64,000 nt of DNA from Iphione sp. A-MEVVRFRX5 (taxonomy: Eukaryota). Of the stretch, positions 26,626-41,007 are shown piece after piece. The notes beneath the pieces are model-generated. The model saw nothing but the letters and a program-made list of their open reading frames with translations. It made no database searches and was not told the DNA's origin. Location: assembly GCA_976226885.1 (NCBI GenBank), contig OZ320320.1:64480001-64544000 (forward strand), read 5' to 3'. A program made the position numbers and the translations under genes. Every line of letters begins with the position of its first letter. The stretch's first letter is position 1.

Positions 26626-29600
26626 GGGGCCAGATGCGAGTAATGCTAACAAAAAAAATAGGTGTGTTTCTGGTAACGACCAACCAGAAACCTAGGTAGG
26701 GATGGGGTATCTTTTTTCACATTGTTCCTCTGGTTTTTAATAATGATACAGACAATATGTAGAAGTTTGACCAATTTGCATGAATTTTACAGTTTTGGGA
26801 TGTATTTTCATGGATTTTATTGTTTTTATATGGAATTTACCCAAAAAAATGCACCATGAAAACACATATCTAAAGAAATTCAGCCTCGGAAACTCTTTGG
26901 GGCTAAAAAACTTTCAGGTATCCTCAGGCTTACAAGGTAGGGGTGGGCTACCAGAAACACACCTATCTATTTTTTTTTAATCGAATTTAAGGAAGTGAGT
27001 GTAGAATTAAATGCAGATTCAGTGATGCCTGCATTTTGTGGGGAGTGGATTGAGGTAACAGATGAAGATGCAGGATGATTTGTGCCTCTCCTGACGAGTA
27101 CAATCGCATAATCGATCGCGAATCTGCGATGGCCCAAGATGGCGTTGGAGGAAACTGGGCATGGTGCGACTTGTTCTTGTCCCGAATTGGTTTCAAGCAC
27201 ATAGACGCCTTTGACTATACCTACCTGATGTTGTCCCACCGCCAGACTCTAATAACACTGTATACGTGTACAGGTATATAAATGTTGGCAAGTCAGTGAC
27301 GGATTTTCGAAGTTATGCTCCAAGTATACCCAGATCCTTCGACCAAGTGAGCTTTAGTGCAGCAAATTAGTTGCTAGATGGAACCCATAGAAAATCCATG
27401 GATTGGATAGACATAATTATGTTTACCTAACTGAATTGAACGGGGGTTGCGTTACTCAGTGATCGTCTTAACAGTGTTTTGAAATGATAGAATCTAGCCA
27501 CTATAATCCAAACATAATCAGAACAGGTTTCATACCGGGCAATGTGAACGTTATTTCGGTATGCCTTCGTGTTTCGTGGTCATTTATGTGAAATCCAATT
27601 ATATAATTCTAAAATAAGATTATAATCACAATCAGGAATCTCAAGAAAAAGAACATTTTCTAGCGGAATATCTAGTGGAATATCGTTAAATGTACCGTTC
27701 TCCAATCTCACTCTACAGGTCTGAACAGTCTGTTGGTCAGGGTCTTACATGTGGATCAGACATAAGGTTGGTGGTTGATGTTTTCAGTCCGACTGACGAT
27801 TCTCCAAGCACTGGCACGCCTTCAGCATAAACACTTGTGAGGCCAAAATAATGCGGTAACTAACATAAATACTCGGGCCGTCTCCACCACGACTGACCGC
27901 GGCTGGAGCTTATGGGTGTGGTATTTGTGAATGGACAGTGAAGTTGGTTCAGCTGGATAGGAGTAAACCTACCACTGACCCGTTGGGAGTAATTCACAGC
28001 GGCTCAAAGGCAATGAGGGACAGGTCTCAATGGGCTAACAGTGCCCATGCAGGAAGGCTGCTGCCTTACAGCTTAATACAATCAAGAGGTCGACCGGTCT
28101 CCTTTAGAGAATGTAATGAGACCTTGCAACAAATGTCTAAAGGATACGGGGCAGTACGATCAACAGGTTCCATGTGTTGACTTTTGTCTGAATGCATGCC
28201 ATTTTGGTGAGATATTCTGGATTCTATTGGTCGCACGGCGAGGTGGACTGTTGCAAGTGGAGGTTTTCTTTTGATTCAGAAAAAGGGACGTAATAATATA
28301 CATGAAACTACTGGTTTTATATGGTGGTGTTTTGGCTAGTGAGGCGCCGTTAAAAATGAAAAAGAAGATGGAAGGGAGAAGGAGGGATGAAGGACGAGCG
28401 AGTAACAGAGAAAGCGATTTTGGTGTATATGGGAACATTCTGAAAATTTTTTCATTGAGATTTTGATTTTTGATTCATTTTATTCCCTTGAATTGAAAAT
28501 ATTTGATGTAGCATTGTTAGTCGCATGATAGGATTCAAAGTTGGAACCAATGTCTTATATAGGTAATCTATCAAATTATGGAATGTTTCGAGAATCTGAT
28601 AAAAAAGAGAGCTCTTTAAAACTGTGGGGTAAAAATGTAATAATAATAAATGCAAAAAGAATGCGTTAGGTGCCAGATAGTAATGCACAAGTCATTTAAA
28701 GTATCTGAAAGACATGTACTGAAACATAAGAGTAAAAACTATAAGAGAATAAAAAAGAGACAGAAAGAGTTGTTTGAGGTACATCATTGTGAAACAGTAT
28801 TTTGACCTATGATATTTTGTTCATCGCCATCTGTGCTGCAATAATAAACTAGAGATACATTTAATAAGCTCTATGTATTTATGTGATCACGTTTAGAGCA
28901 CCTACCTTCTTTCGGACGATGGCTTTTCGATACACTACCAGTAAACTAAAATGGAAAATTATCGAAGGATATATGCCCACAACACCTATATATTTCACTA
29001 CTGTCAGTTGAGGGTGACCAGTGTTCACGTTCTGCTCATCCATGGGAGCACGCCTAAGAGCAATCGGGTGAGTGTTCATTGAGGTACAGCTCCACTTGGG
29101 GAGTGAACCTTGCAGCGGTTTCTTCTGATCTTTTTGGAGTGTTTCAAGTATCCCGCTGATGTTCACGCGATGACTTATGTTTACGGAGAATGAATGGTCG
29201 CCTTCTAGATTGCAGTATTGGCAACTCTTACCTTGAGGTTACCAACGATGCTTGTAATAACTTGCTGTCAATGTCGAATTCTCCATTGACTTCTTCCCAG
29301 TCAACTTAATCAACGCAGATTTAACCGTTTACATCCAACATTTTGCGCTTATGCAATCGTCCGCGGATGGCTCAGTTGTGTTTATTGCCATTCACTTCCA
29401 TAGTGTTTGAGTCACTAATAAATGAATGTCTGGAATAAGATTTGAGGCCATGTTTTACCGCCACTACCACTGGCAATAGCTAGGTGTCAGCTGTAGAGGG
29501 TAGAGTGTACACTTTGCCCTCTGTGTGTACACATGTTACCAGTGATTACCATTCTTTGAGATGGTTACGTCGGTGTGGGAGTCTGGTGGATTATACTGGT

Positions 29601-30160
29601 CAACCTATTCCTAATAGTCCCGTAGAAACCTGCCGACCTGTAGACCCCTTGTGAGTGCTACCAGCAGGGATTTCTCGTTCCCCTCTGGAGAGGCATACAT
29701 TACCATGGTGGGACAAAAACAAGCCTGGGAACAAATTAAGGCACTAAGAACACTGAAATAAACACCCGCTACGATAAGGAAACAGAGAGCCACGACATAA
29801 TGTGATATTTCAGCACTTCATGAGTAAAGCGTTAATGGTAATTTTGTCTTTAATGCAGCCATGTCAACAGATCGCAGTGAATTGTATTTCACCGAGTTTT
29901 ATTCAAGTTAATATACCCAGCTTTAACAATTAGGTATTTGCGCTTCAACTTCTAGCTATGTTTTGCTTCTGAGGGGAAAAGAAACACAACAAGTACTAGT
30001 AGTGTAGATACTAGTGAGTAAGTCTTGGTAGCTTATATGGCATTAATACGAATATCCAGGTTTAAACGCAAGCCCTTTTTATGAGTGAAATCCTTTTCAA
30101 GTGTAAACGAGTTACTCCCTTCTGTATACATTCCTTTTCTTATATGAAATAGTTAATATA

Positions 30161-30336
30161 TAGTGGAACCTCTACTACGGTCAGCAAACGGACTGACCCA
30201 AAACTGTCCATAAAGAAGGATGCCCTTCACAGCGGGAGTATTTAAACATGATTTTATACAGTTGGTTCTGTTTTCAGCCTGTACTTGGTGTGGGGTGTCC
30301 TTTATAGAGGGTGTCCGTAGTAGAGGGGTTCCACTG
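30161..30336. mobile_element. Tc1/mariner (pogo/Tigger-like) MITE, 176 bp
   Basis: Left end TA|TAGTGGAACCTCTACTACGG; right end reverse complement TA|CAGTGGAACCCCTCTACTACGG. TA target-site duplication at 30159-30160 and 30337-30338; no ORF. Confidence 0.85.
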
Positions 30337-33300
30337 TATTTCACATTATGGTATAAGCCTCCAACCACTGTAGTCTGTGCATACGAATCCAGTCTTCAAA
30401 GCTAACCTTATCTGGAGCCCGGCGTTACTCCTCATTCGCTCCTCATACACCATCAGCGAGCCGTGCTCTGCGCTGCACATGGTGGTATCAGGGATGAGCG
30501 GAAGGCGGCCCATTTACGACCGCTTTAAGCTCCGGGCAGGGGGCACCGCCGGCGGGAGCGCTAAGTCTTGTTATGTCCATACCTTCCAGCATGGCGTTTT
30601 AACTAGGCAATGCGTATGCCCTCCAGTAGCAATAACTGCAGCCTACAGAGTAGCTTTAACATCGCAAACGACCATAACCGAACCACGCCAGTAGCTTCTC
30701 CCCTGTTGGTGTGACTTCTTGAATGGGCAGCTTTCGTGCCTTTGCGCCCTACTGCTACCAATAACCTACTGAACTTTGCTACTTTATTCATCACTCGCCT
30801 TCCTTGGGTGTATTTTATCGACAGGGAGCACTGCGGGATTTCGAGTTTCAGAGGTCATATTATTTGGCTTCTAATATCAAAGTAGGACACGTCCCAGAGA
30901 AAGGCAGGGGTAGGGGTTGATCACATCTAACGAGGTTTGATCCCTCTCGTTCTGACATTTTCTATCACAGTCTTGATTTCTTTATGGCTTCATATACTCT
31001 TGTCGCCTAGTATATGTTGGTGGCCTGACTCAATACATATCAACCGCATTCGTGGGCTTCCTACCATTATTAAACGTTGTGAAATATTCGTCTTTGCAAA
31101 TATTCTCTCTCCCGCTATAATATTACTCACTATCCGCGTTCAGAAGTGAATTGCAAATGAAAACCCCTCTGCGCTCCAAATTCACTCTGTCAAGAATTGT
31201 AGAGTATCAGAGTGATGCTTTCCAGGAAGCCCCACAATTAACAAATGTCCTACCTTTTTCATGCCTCTTAACACACTCCTTCACTTGATATTTTTTAGTC
31301 AAAACATGCCTTCTTCGAATCAGTAATCACTTACATGTATACACATATATGTGTGACCGTGCCTACGTTTGCAATTTCCGTCATTGGAATGACTACGGTT
31401 CTCCGCTCAGCTTCGGCACTATAGCCTTATACATGAATTTTCAATGACACTTTCGTGAGGAACGAAAACAGGTCGTATGTGCATGCCCGGTGCTCAAGAA
31501 CCTGCATTATAAGATCCCTTGTCATATCCCCTTTTGTGGAACGGTATGACCCCCTGGGGTTATTTATCCCCAATGGGCAGGGTTATACTCGGTAGTAATT
31601 GGGTTAGGTTGAGGTCAATGAAGACAATAAGTGCATGCATCTTAAGTGGATGTATTATCTGTAAGGAGAGCGTGGATGCAACGGTGAATGGAATCTTGCC
31701 CCAATGGACTCCTCAGTCATATGAGACAATTGCAATCTGCACAGATTTCGCCAACGAGAACACGGACACAAATCATCCATATTTCAATGCCAACGCTTCA
31801 CGAAGTGCCTAAAAGAAGTCGTCTAGGCGGCGACTGCCGTATCAGAAGGCGTACGGCATTTGACGTCTTGTAAAAATGCGCACGTGTGACACGTGATGAG
31901 ACGTAACTTAATCTCTTTTTCCTGACGTCGTGTTTCAAAAGGCGCAAATCGTGTACTATCAGGAGGACTTCCAGATGGAGGAGGTTCTTGATTCTGATTC
32001 TTCTAGTACTTCTTACGTGCCAGATATTTCTCGAATCACTCCGCCTCGTGCCGTACCCTTTCACGGTTAATGCGCACTATTCGTTTCAGTCACAGACACG
32101 TGTACGTTTTTATCTTTATACAGCTCGTACATTGATTGTTTTCTCTGAGTTCGGTTCAACCATTTCTGTGCTGTTACATGCGGGTCCTGAGAAACAAAGT
32201 CAATTGCTCTCACAATCACGCTTTGAATGTTTTTCCATATAAATCTTGCCATCGTCTGAATTTGTGTGCTTAAATCTTTACACATCTGAAAAGAAGTACA
32301 TCATTACATGAAGGTGTCTATTATCTTCGATCAAACTCTGCTGATATCGTCTGTTTCTAGGACTGAACTTTGATCTCCACAAGGACTGAACAACAGGGTC
32401 ATTGAACCTAAGGAAGGGTATTACCATCAGTGACTATAGACTGGAGCTCATATGACCTCTCTTAACACTGAATATAGAAAATAACGCTAAACAAAGGTAG
32501 TTAGAAACCTTTTCATCTAAGATCATAGTGCCTTGCTGTTAGGATAAAGTGTCCTGTTATAGCCATATTTTTATATTACCCCAGATAGTATGTTTGCGTT
32601 AATGACGAAAGGAGAGTCTGCCTGTGTGTTTTGCTACAGAAAGGGACTGATTCAATTATTCCTATCCGTATTGTCCGAAGTGATAAAATGAGGATGGTTT
32701 GTTTTCTTAAGACAGTAAGAAGTGCAAGTTATCAAAGCCACATCCTTTTAATTATGGATACATGAGTGGATACATGGTCTTCCGTGCTTCACGGAGCAAA
32801 CCATATAGGTTCAGACGGTATAATCCAAACTCCAGTACAGTTCGGGATAAATTTTATGCGAATATCCGATATATGGAGAAGGTATATAGTATGAGACACA
32901 TTATGTTTCATTAGACAGTCTCTTGATTAGTAGGGATTATGCAACATAATGTTTGTGGGAGGTTTGACTCTATACATATTGAAATATTTCAGATCTATAC
33001 ATGCAATCTCTGGCACCTAGAAATGTGCCAGCTATATTTTTAACAAATAGAGGTCAATGGTGTAAAACCAATGCACTTCCAATGTATCAATACATGTTAT
33101 AAGCAAGTCACACACATATTAACATGTATGCCTTAAGCGTTCGATTTTGACAACTACACCGTCCATTGAGTCTGGCACACTGTGTCTCCAGCAATGACGA
33201 GATGCCAGTCCATATGGCCTTGGGTTTTCTCTCGGAATACTTAGTATGTCTATGGAGAAGTTGTCCCAACATATACAAAAGGACGAGGTGGCTGTTGGAG

Positions 33301-33461
33301 AGAACCGCGCAGCTATCTTATTGTACCGATGTTATCGACGAAACATTGACTCTTCTGCCTTGGCCAGCAATTGCCCACAGCTGGCTCTATTGCCATCTAT
33401 AGCGGTTGTCAAGTAATGTCAGCCACGTCCCCAGTAAACGTGCCTTTCGGTGGCGGCTCAC

Positions 33462-33527
33462 CACAATAGGATTGAGGACGAAGGACGAACCAATCCTGAC
33501 GCACCGCCGGCCATTGACGTTAGCCAT
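33462..33527 (-). CDS. Candidate alternative first exon MANVNGRRCVRIGSSFVLNPIV| (phase 0)
   Basis: caaATGG start, 22 open codons, donor GTG|GTGAGC, in a CpG-rich patch. The frame is also open upstream to the ORF start at 33590. Confidence 0.3.
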
Positions 33528-34567
33528 TTGACAGCTTCCCGGGGAAAGGTTTCTCTTATTTCTTATCTGGCTGTTAATAAAGCCCGACACGGCACCGTTG
33601 TAGACCTGGGATGTGAGAGCGATTCTTGGCGCTGCCCCAGGGACTGTTATGCTGAAGTCGAGACTCGATTAGAGAATATTGATTTTGCGAAGAGCGCGGA
33701 TGTCCAAGTTAAATGAAAATATATCCTCATTAAAAGGGATATTGGTCATGCTCTGTTGAAGCCATCTCTTAAAGAAAGAATGACAGAACTGTTTTTGTAA
33801 TCTTTTATATCTTAAGTCACAATTACTCACGATTTCTTATCTCTATTGCCGTACTATCTCATAGCTCACTACCTCCGAAGCTTCCAGGACATTTCTTGAG
33901 TTGGGTTCCGGAAGCATCACATTCGACACACCAACTCGTCTTGTATTGAATGCCTCCGTATCTTAAAACTGCTGAACTGACATACTTTTCAATGTTAATA
34001 TACTGTACCTTCTCCTATCAATTTCAATTTCAATTTTTATTCAGGAGTATAATGTGCAATACGGATGATTTCATGGCATATATGGAACACGGGTGCAGCG
34101 AACAAAATGGTAGTGTGCAGTAAGTTGAATAGACAGCATGAACGAGAGGTAATCACAATGGGCAGGGAAAATTGTGAAGATTTTAGAATGTGCTTCAACA
34201 GCAGACGTTATGTAAAGATGACATTACAATGTATTTGGTAGTTATCACAGAAATCACTGTCAACGCAGATTAAGAAGTGTCCAAGTTGTGGGCATAACGA
34301 CTATAAGACAATTGTCATTATCGGTTACACAGAACGATACCTGGCCGGGAGTACCTATGGTATGATACCCTCGATACTCTACTATAAATAACACCTTGCC
34401 TCAATTCCCCTCCCGTTACTGGGCTTCCCTTTCGGTACAGCAGCCGTTTCAGTTGGGCATATATTGCAAGACGTGCAATGGGCAGCCAGTTTTCATGCAT
34501 CCGGGTTTGACTCTCTCACTGTCTCCTTGTCTTTCTCTCTGTGTCTCTCTCTATCTCGCTGTCTCTC

Positions 34568-34860
34568 TGTGCTGATTGGAGGGAATTCTGCCTGAATCTG
34601 TGTAAATGTCAAGTTTTTTGTGCTGATTGGAAGGAATTCTGCTGGAGTCTGTGTAAATGGTGATTTTTTAAATGCAAATTATATGCAAATCATAAAATAA
34701 TTCACAACATCTATCATATGGAAGACACTGTCTATCCAGCTGAAAACCACCACCTCTCTATCCTACTGGTCATCTGGGCATCCTCGTAAATTTATGCACA
34801 ATGCTCATTTTCGGTTGTTGGAGATTTTTCCCCAACCATGGACTATGTGGTCCAGGAAAA
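34568..34860. repeat. Probable interspersed-repeat fragment with an internal 51-bp-period duplication and tandem octamers
   Basis: tgtgctgattggagggaattctgcctgaatctgtgtaaatg (34568-34608) and tgtgctgattggaaggaattctgctggagtctgtgtaaatg (34619-34659); ATGCAAAT at 34672 and 34683; preceded by a CT-rich tract. The duplication is certain; transposon origin is inferred. Confidence 0.55.
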
Positions 34861-36715
34861 ATCTTCGGACATAAGGAAACTTGGCGTAAGACTGGGATCC
34901 CCATCTGATAAGCGAGAAGCTACATGACTAGTTATAAGATCATCTATATTCAATAAAACTTTCGCACTTAGATTAACTACCTATAGCCCTGGATACTATA
35001 TCGCGCCAGGTTGGTCAATAGTACAGCTAAGCCATTCATCCCTTCCCAAGACAGACATCGACGGGCGATGTTCATCAATATACCCGGTCCAGTAGTGACT
35101 AAGTCAGTTCGACCACATTACAAGCAAGAGGGTCCTGGTGACAGGCGTAGGGCTGCAGCCTACACATAAGGGCCAGTGCCATACCAGTCAGATGATATTC
35201 GGCATTGTAACCTCGCCCCTTATAACAATGTAGAACATGAAAAGCAGGGTAGGAAGTCCTTTGTGTGACTAGTTGAGGTAGCCAGATGACTAAAGTTATC
35301 CCTGTTTGTATAGTTTATCACCATGCCACCTAGCATACGCATCAATACTGCATGAAGCTCAAGGGAAAGATATTAGAGCCTTACCATCCCCTCAACCACC
35401 ATGTGCCTACCACTCTTAGGCATTAATCCTTGAACAGAGTTTGTTCGTAAGCAAAAACTTGCAGAGCAATTTTGTCTTGTGCAATTAGGGCCGGTGGCAG
35501 TTTATTCCATGATTGCACACCCCTGAATCTTAAAGACAGGGCAAACTGTGAGCTCCGAAGGTGAGGCAGATCGACACGGACACCCTCTGCTCCTCGAGGC
35601 TCTTCTTGGAGCTGCTTCTAAGAGCAGCCAGAGTTTCACCTGTTGGTGGATTGCAGAGATTCCCCTTCCCTCTACAAGCTCTCTCACACGGCAAATCCCA
35701 ACTGATTTCATCAGCATTGTTATGGATTGCTGCTGCTATCACTTTCGTCATCATCGAAATGTTCTCAGATTATCACATGTGTAGATTTGTTCAAATGATA
35801 CGTTATACTCTATTACACGATTGGTACATTGCACAGTAGAAATATTGACGTCGCAATTGTCTATAGTCAGATAAACACGTTTTCACTATTCAGCTGTAAG
35901 CTCATCTCGAGTGCGTTTTATATTGGTGTTCGTTCCATCTTGTTGAAAGTTTCAGAAATCAAATCATGTTTCAGAAGTAGGATAAAAATAAACATATCGA
36001 CACGGACCAGTTGACGATAGTACTACAATACAACATTATGAATATATCATTATGTGTGGCATATTGACTGATTTAACTCCATGGACAAACACGCGTAAGT
36101 GCATGTATGTCTTTATCACATATAAACGGCGTACCCCTTGTAAATACGTGATTCTGTCAGCTTCCATGACCACCTTTCTCCTGGTTGTGCGTTAGCCGCG
36201 GTGATACACATGACACCTTTGTCCATAAAAGGAAATGGAAAGTAATCATCATAGTCATTCAGGCAAATTTTGTCCAATGAGAATGTTAACACTAGGAAGC
36301 ACTTTTGATAGGCTTAATAGGTTTGCATATATGTGGGGCTCCTAATAACTTTAGTATTAATTTGGTTGGCTGTCACGCTAAGGTCAACCTAAGATCCATA
36401 TCCGTCTGCTGTCTTAACTGCTTGTTATAAGCCCTTATCCATCTGACTGTTTTATTTTTCATGACCGACAGCGAGGCCCATAATTTATCTGCTAATGAAA
36501 CTCCTCTAGGGGTGTGGCAAGTATACCCATGATGGTGCAAGGCCGAAGAAGTAATTCCCTTCATTCCCTCTTTACAAAGCCTCGTCAGAATCCTTCAATC
36601 CCGGCTCCATACATCGGACCGATAAAATCAGGACATGTCACACCATTTTGTGATATCATTACTTTGAAATATAGACTCCAAATGACCATGGTTTGGGGAC
36701 ACGATTAAAGCCCAC

Positions 36716-36736
36716 CTTTGAAGGTGGCTTCGCCAT
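36716..36736 (-). CDS. Candidate alternative first exon MAKPPSK| (phase 0)
   Basis: First ATG after a TATA-like CATAAAAG (36921-36914, minus) and an ATG-free leader of about 150 nt. Donor AAG|GTGGGC is suboptimal. Confidence 0.35.
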
Positions 36737-36879
36737 TTGTTTGATGAGCGGAGATAGCGTCAAACGGTGAGAATGAGTTAAGTCTTTGCTGGCCTCCCTT
36801 CTCGCCTGAGACGTGGCGCTACACGCAGACTTGACAGCACGTCCTGGGTGATGGTGAGTCCTTATCTCCACCGACGCAG

Positions 36880-37060
36880 TATTTATCTCCAACAGAAGGC
36901 GATGCGGGCGAGCCTTTTATGTAGAACATATGACAGTCTGCGAAGGGGCCGTGTGTGTAGGTGTGTGTGAGTGTATCTTCCCGGACCGGCGAATGGGAGG
37001 GCGGGCGCGGCGGGGGGGTGGTTTCCATGGCTTGGTGCCGCTGCTGGTGCGGGGAGTTTT
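36880..37060 (-). promoter_or_regulatory. Promoter-like patch (GC boxes/G4 motif plus TATA-like box)
   Basis: GGGAGGGCGGGCGCGGCGGGGGGG (36995-37018), high CpG density, CATAAAAG on the minus strand. Confidence 0.5.
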
Positions 37061-39569
37061 CATTGAGGTTCGGTCTAGAGAAGGGGCGAGGCGCAGCTGC
37101 ACAGTGTGAGCGATAAAGGGTGAAGTCAGTCACTCTCTGCAGTCCATCTCCTTTTACTTTCATTCGTACGGAGCGCCTCTCTAATCAGCCGATCAATACT
37201 AATTAAGATTCGGCCGGGATGTAGCTCAGCCTTCCCGCTAAGTGACTCTAATGTGAAATATCAAAGTCGTAAGAGTCTGAGATGGCTTCAGCAGAAGACA
37301 AACCACCCCGCCGCCCACCCCCTACCATAACGCACACCAGCTCCCGGGCGGCTGGTATCGGCTGCCTCTATCTAGAGATAGGCTTTATTTCTGTCATCTC
37401 CGGATTTTGCCGTCGTTTAGCAGACACAGCAGGAGAAATTCTGATTGATCTTGGTCTAGATTTCCTCAGTAAACAGACTTTTTTTTTGGTCTTGTGAAGT
37501 ACCGTTTGAGGTATCGCCCTCACACGTACATTTTGCCGATGCGCACGTAGCCGCGCTAACAGTCAGCAACAGTACGTACGAAGTCTTATTGGAAGCAGTT
37601 TCCTATCCCTTCGGCCCTTCATCTCCTTATTTTATCGCCCACTCCTGACACCGGCTGATACGGAATGTCTCTCGTTATCAGTTCAGACACGCACAAAAAC
37701 AGAATCTCTCTTTCTATCGACATTTCGCCTATGTAAAAATCATGCCTGAAAAACGCACACTATGAACCCTAAATTGACTAATGCTGTGGAACCTTTTGAT
37801 GTGTTATGACCTTAAGTCCCTTATTGAACAAAAATGGTTGCGAGTTCCAATAGGGTTACGGCTGATTCTCCCATACTTGTAATGTCCCAAACGTTTTTTT
37901 TAAAACCTGGGACTAGTTACGGCTGTAGTGCATTTGCATTAGATAAGTAGAAAACAATATTCATTGTATTCTCTGAAAAACAAAATGGTGGACTAGCATC
38001 AAATAGACTTTATAAGGTTGAACTGTGGAGCTAAGAGATTGTTTTCTGCTACAGTATGACAAACATTATTTGAATATAACACTAACAGACCTTTCTGGCA
38101 TGTAGAGAGGAAATTTAGACAAGAAGTTGATTTATCCATAGACCTTTCGCTGAGGGTATCATTTTCCCGGAAAATTGAAAGTAGATATTGAATGTATCCA
38201 ATGCATATGCTCAATAGGTTATTTATTGGGTCAGACCTCTACACTCGGATAGTTCAACATGACGCTGTCAGGAACTTTGCTGCTTCAAATTCAAATACAG
38301 AAGTAATCAACCCTATAAGCCCTGCAAAGGTTTTTATCTATTACAAGAATATCAGGACCAAAATTAATGATCTTTTTTTCGTAACTAGTCCATATAGTTT
38401 AGACACCAAGTCGAAACTCTCAGCTTTTGTATCTAAACCCCAGGACTAGTAACTCAATACTGTCGCTAACCCTGTTGATCATGAACTGCAACTAACAATG
38501 ACCTAGGAAATTAAGGACAAATATCGAACAGTTTCTAAGAATGCTGTGCTTTGTAAAAAAAAAAAGCACAGGGCTTGTGTCTTGTAAATGGAGCAATCAT
38601 CTGAAGCAAAGGATTGCTTGGTGAAGCTGCAAAATAACTTGCGTGTTGTATATCTCGCAAAACCTCTGAATCAGAGTTTGATTTAGTGTAGTGTATGAGC
38701 AACTATAGCAGAATGGCCCCTGTCCTTCCATGATCTAGGGTGCTTTGAAGCATTACGATTGAGCATTCGACCAATGTTCTAATCAGAGCAGTAAATGAAC
38801 TTCTTTTAAATGTATTGCTTCGTTCTCCTTGCCTGGGCCATAATTTTCAACCCGCTAGAGTAGCTCAACTGACAGGAAATTGAATACGTAGGATAAAGCA
38901 TGGAGATGATTTCACAAGAGGAATGTTATACTTCCATACTTGCATGTTCTCCACTGGGATGGTCACCCCCTACGTGGGCTGAGCCACTGTGAGCACATCG
39001 TATGTATGTATCAGGCCTGTACCATAGGGAAGTCCCTCAGGGTTTCCAGCAAAGCGTTATCTTGAGTGATTCCACAGCGTAGGCCATTTCTATCTAAATG
39101 CGAGGAATTTGATTTCGTTGAAACTGAAATGGGACGGTTTTCATGCTTTCATCAAAGATATGGTTTTCAAATAGTGTACGCATTGTCCTTGTTAATCATA
39201 TAGTGGACCTAATTGTTGAATGTTGTTAAATAAGGCGTTTAAAAGAATATACTTCAATTAGATCTACTTAGGACTTACACTTAAACAAAATTTAACCTTC
39301 ACCCCTCTCATCCACGGGGCTATAGTTACAGTCAGACTTACTGTATATAATTTATAACTGCATCCACACTAGCTTGTGGTTTTCCTCCATGCATCTTACC
39401 GTTGCCTATACATCCCAACCGTCTCAATCTTTGTCAGCGTTATGTAACTACCAGCCCATTTTCAACGATGCACGCAGAACTTTCCCTCTCCCTATCCTCC
39501 ACAGTGCTCCCTCCAAACGACAGCCTTACACTGACTTTATGTTCCAATATGAATATAAGTCTGACTCAC

Positions 39570-39611
39570 ATCAGGCTGTCTGCCTCTTAGGTATCGTAGC
39601 AGGGAGGGATT
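39570..39611 (-). CDS. Candidate 42-nt symmetric internal exon NPSLLRYLRGRQPD (phase 0-0)
   Basis: Acceptor atttcgaaacag|, donor GAT|GTGAGT, open frame. No homology recognised. Confidence 0.2.
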
Positions 39612-41007
39612 CTGTTTCGAAATATAGAAATAGCCAGGAAATGTGGAGACGGAATCACGCGCTACATATTATACATAACACATGGAGCAAACTTCTAATT
39701 CACGTGGCGCATACGTACAAATATATCTCATGCATAATGGTGGCTCCTTTGGTGCTATAGGATGAACAAAATAAACCAAAATGTACACGACACAAACCCT
39801 AAAAAACCTTATGCTGAGAATGATACTTTGATGTATAGGGGTGTTCAATATCCTGAGATGGGGTGCTCATTAAGATAATCATTTCTTTATCAGAATTGCT
39901 TGTCCCTCTGTATAGGACAAGGACTGTATGTATGCCTGGTGCATTATTGTGCGTTTGACCGTGCGACACGTGTGGCCCAATGATGAAGGGGCGAGTTGAC
40001 CATGGAGAACACCAGTGACGTTCTCTGATGAGGCAGGCCGTGGAGAGTCAGACCGTGCTTTGAAAGGGGGCTTCCATCACAGCTTGGGCATTTAAGATCG
40101 CTCTACACACGTGCTGATGACCTGGACTGCTTCAAATTCAAGGCAAACGCCTGTCTTCTCCTCCTCGCATCACTTCCCAAAGAAGGTGGTCACAAAGAAG
40201 GGCATGAGGCTCACACACAGACCCCATATGTCACTGCCACTTTACAATCCTCGACCCGCACAGAACCCATTGCCGGCAATCGCTCGTTTTCACAGTTAAC
40301 CCTTCATGTTTTGAACGTGGTACTTAACCCTTCATGTGCAATCTTTTCTATTTCAGTTCTTGTCCAGGGGATTTTCCCTTCTTGATATTCCACGTACCAA
40401 GATCAAAACGAAAAAGGATGCATTCGTTCCCAAAATATAAAAAAGATTTCATCTTTCATTGTAGACAAGAGAAATCATTATCCTTCTTATTATGTACATA
40501 CACACCTACATAAATTATCAGCTTCATGTTATACATCGAAAAATCAAAACGGTGCAGTGTGGAGAACACCTTAATTTAAGCAATACTGTAACCCTGAATT
40601 AGCTTTTTGTCCTAAGAGAGGTACTGGCACATTCTAGTCCACTACGGTATACCCAATTTTACGTCCCTGTATATCGTAGGTATGGTGCCGGTAGGTATGC
40701 TCCTTTTCTTAGTCCACCTGAAACCAATCAACTTTCAAATGTATGAGCTGAATGTCCAACAATAAACTCCTATTCACCTCCACACATGTTGCTACACACG
40801 CACTTATCTAGTAATGAACCCATTCAAAACAGCTCCCTGCTTCATCTTTCATCACGCCTCCTCCTATATTTCACTTCTGACGTGGCACCTACAAACATTG
40901 GTAAATGCCCGTGCCTTTGACACCGGTGAAGTATGGCTGACCTTCCTAGCCGTGCCTACCTCTCCTGTGCCACAGGCATATCTTCTACAAGCCCGTGAAC
41001 TATTTAC

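Noticed and set aside
28706-28716. Partial matches to conserved miRNAs (TGAAAGACATG, miR-71-like; similar short matches elsewhere)
   Set aside because: Only 10-12 nt match and no precursor hairpin.
37213-37229. tRNA-like 5' end GCCGGGATGTAGCTCAG
   Set aside because: No D-loop continuation, anticodon arm or B-box follows.
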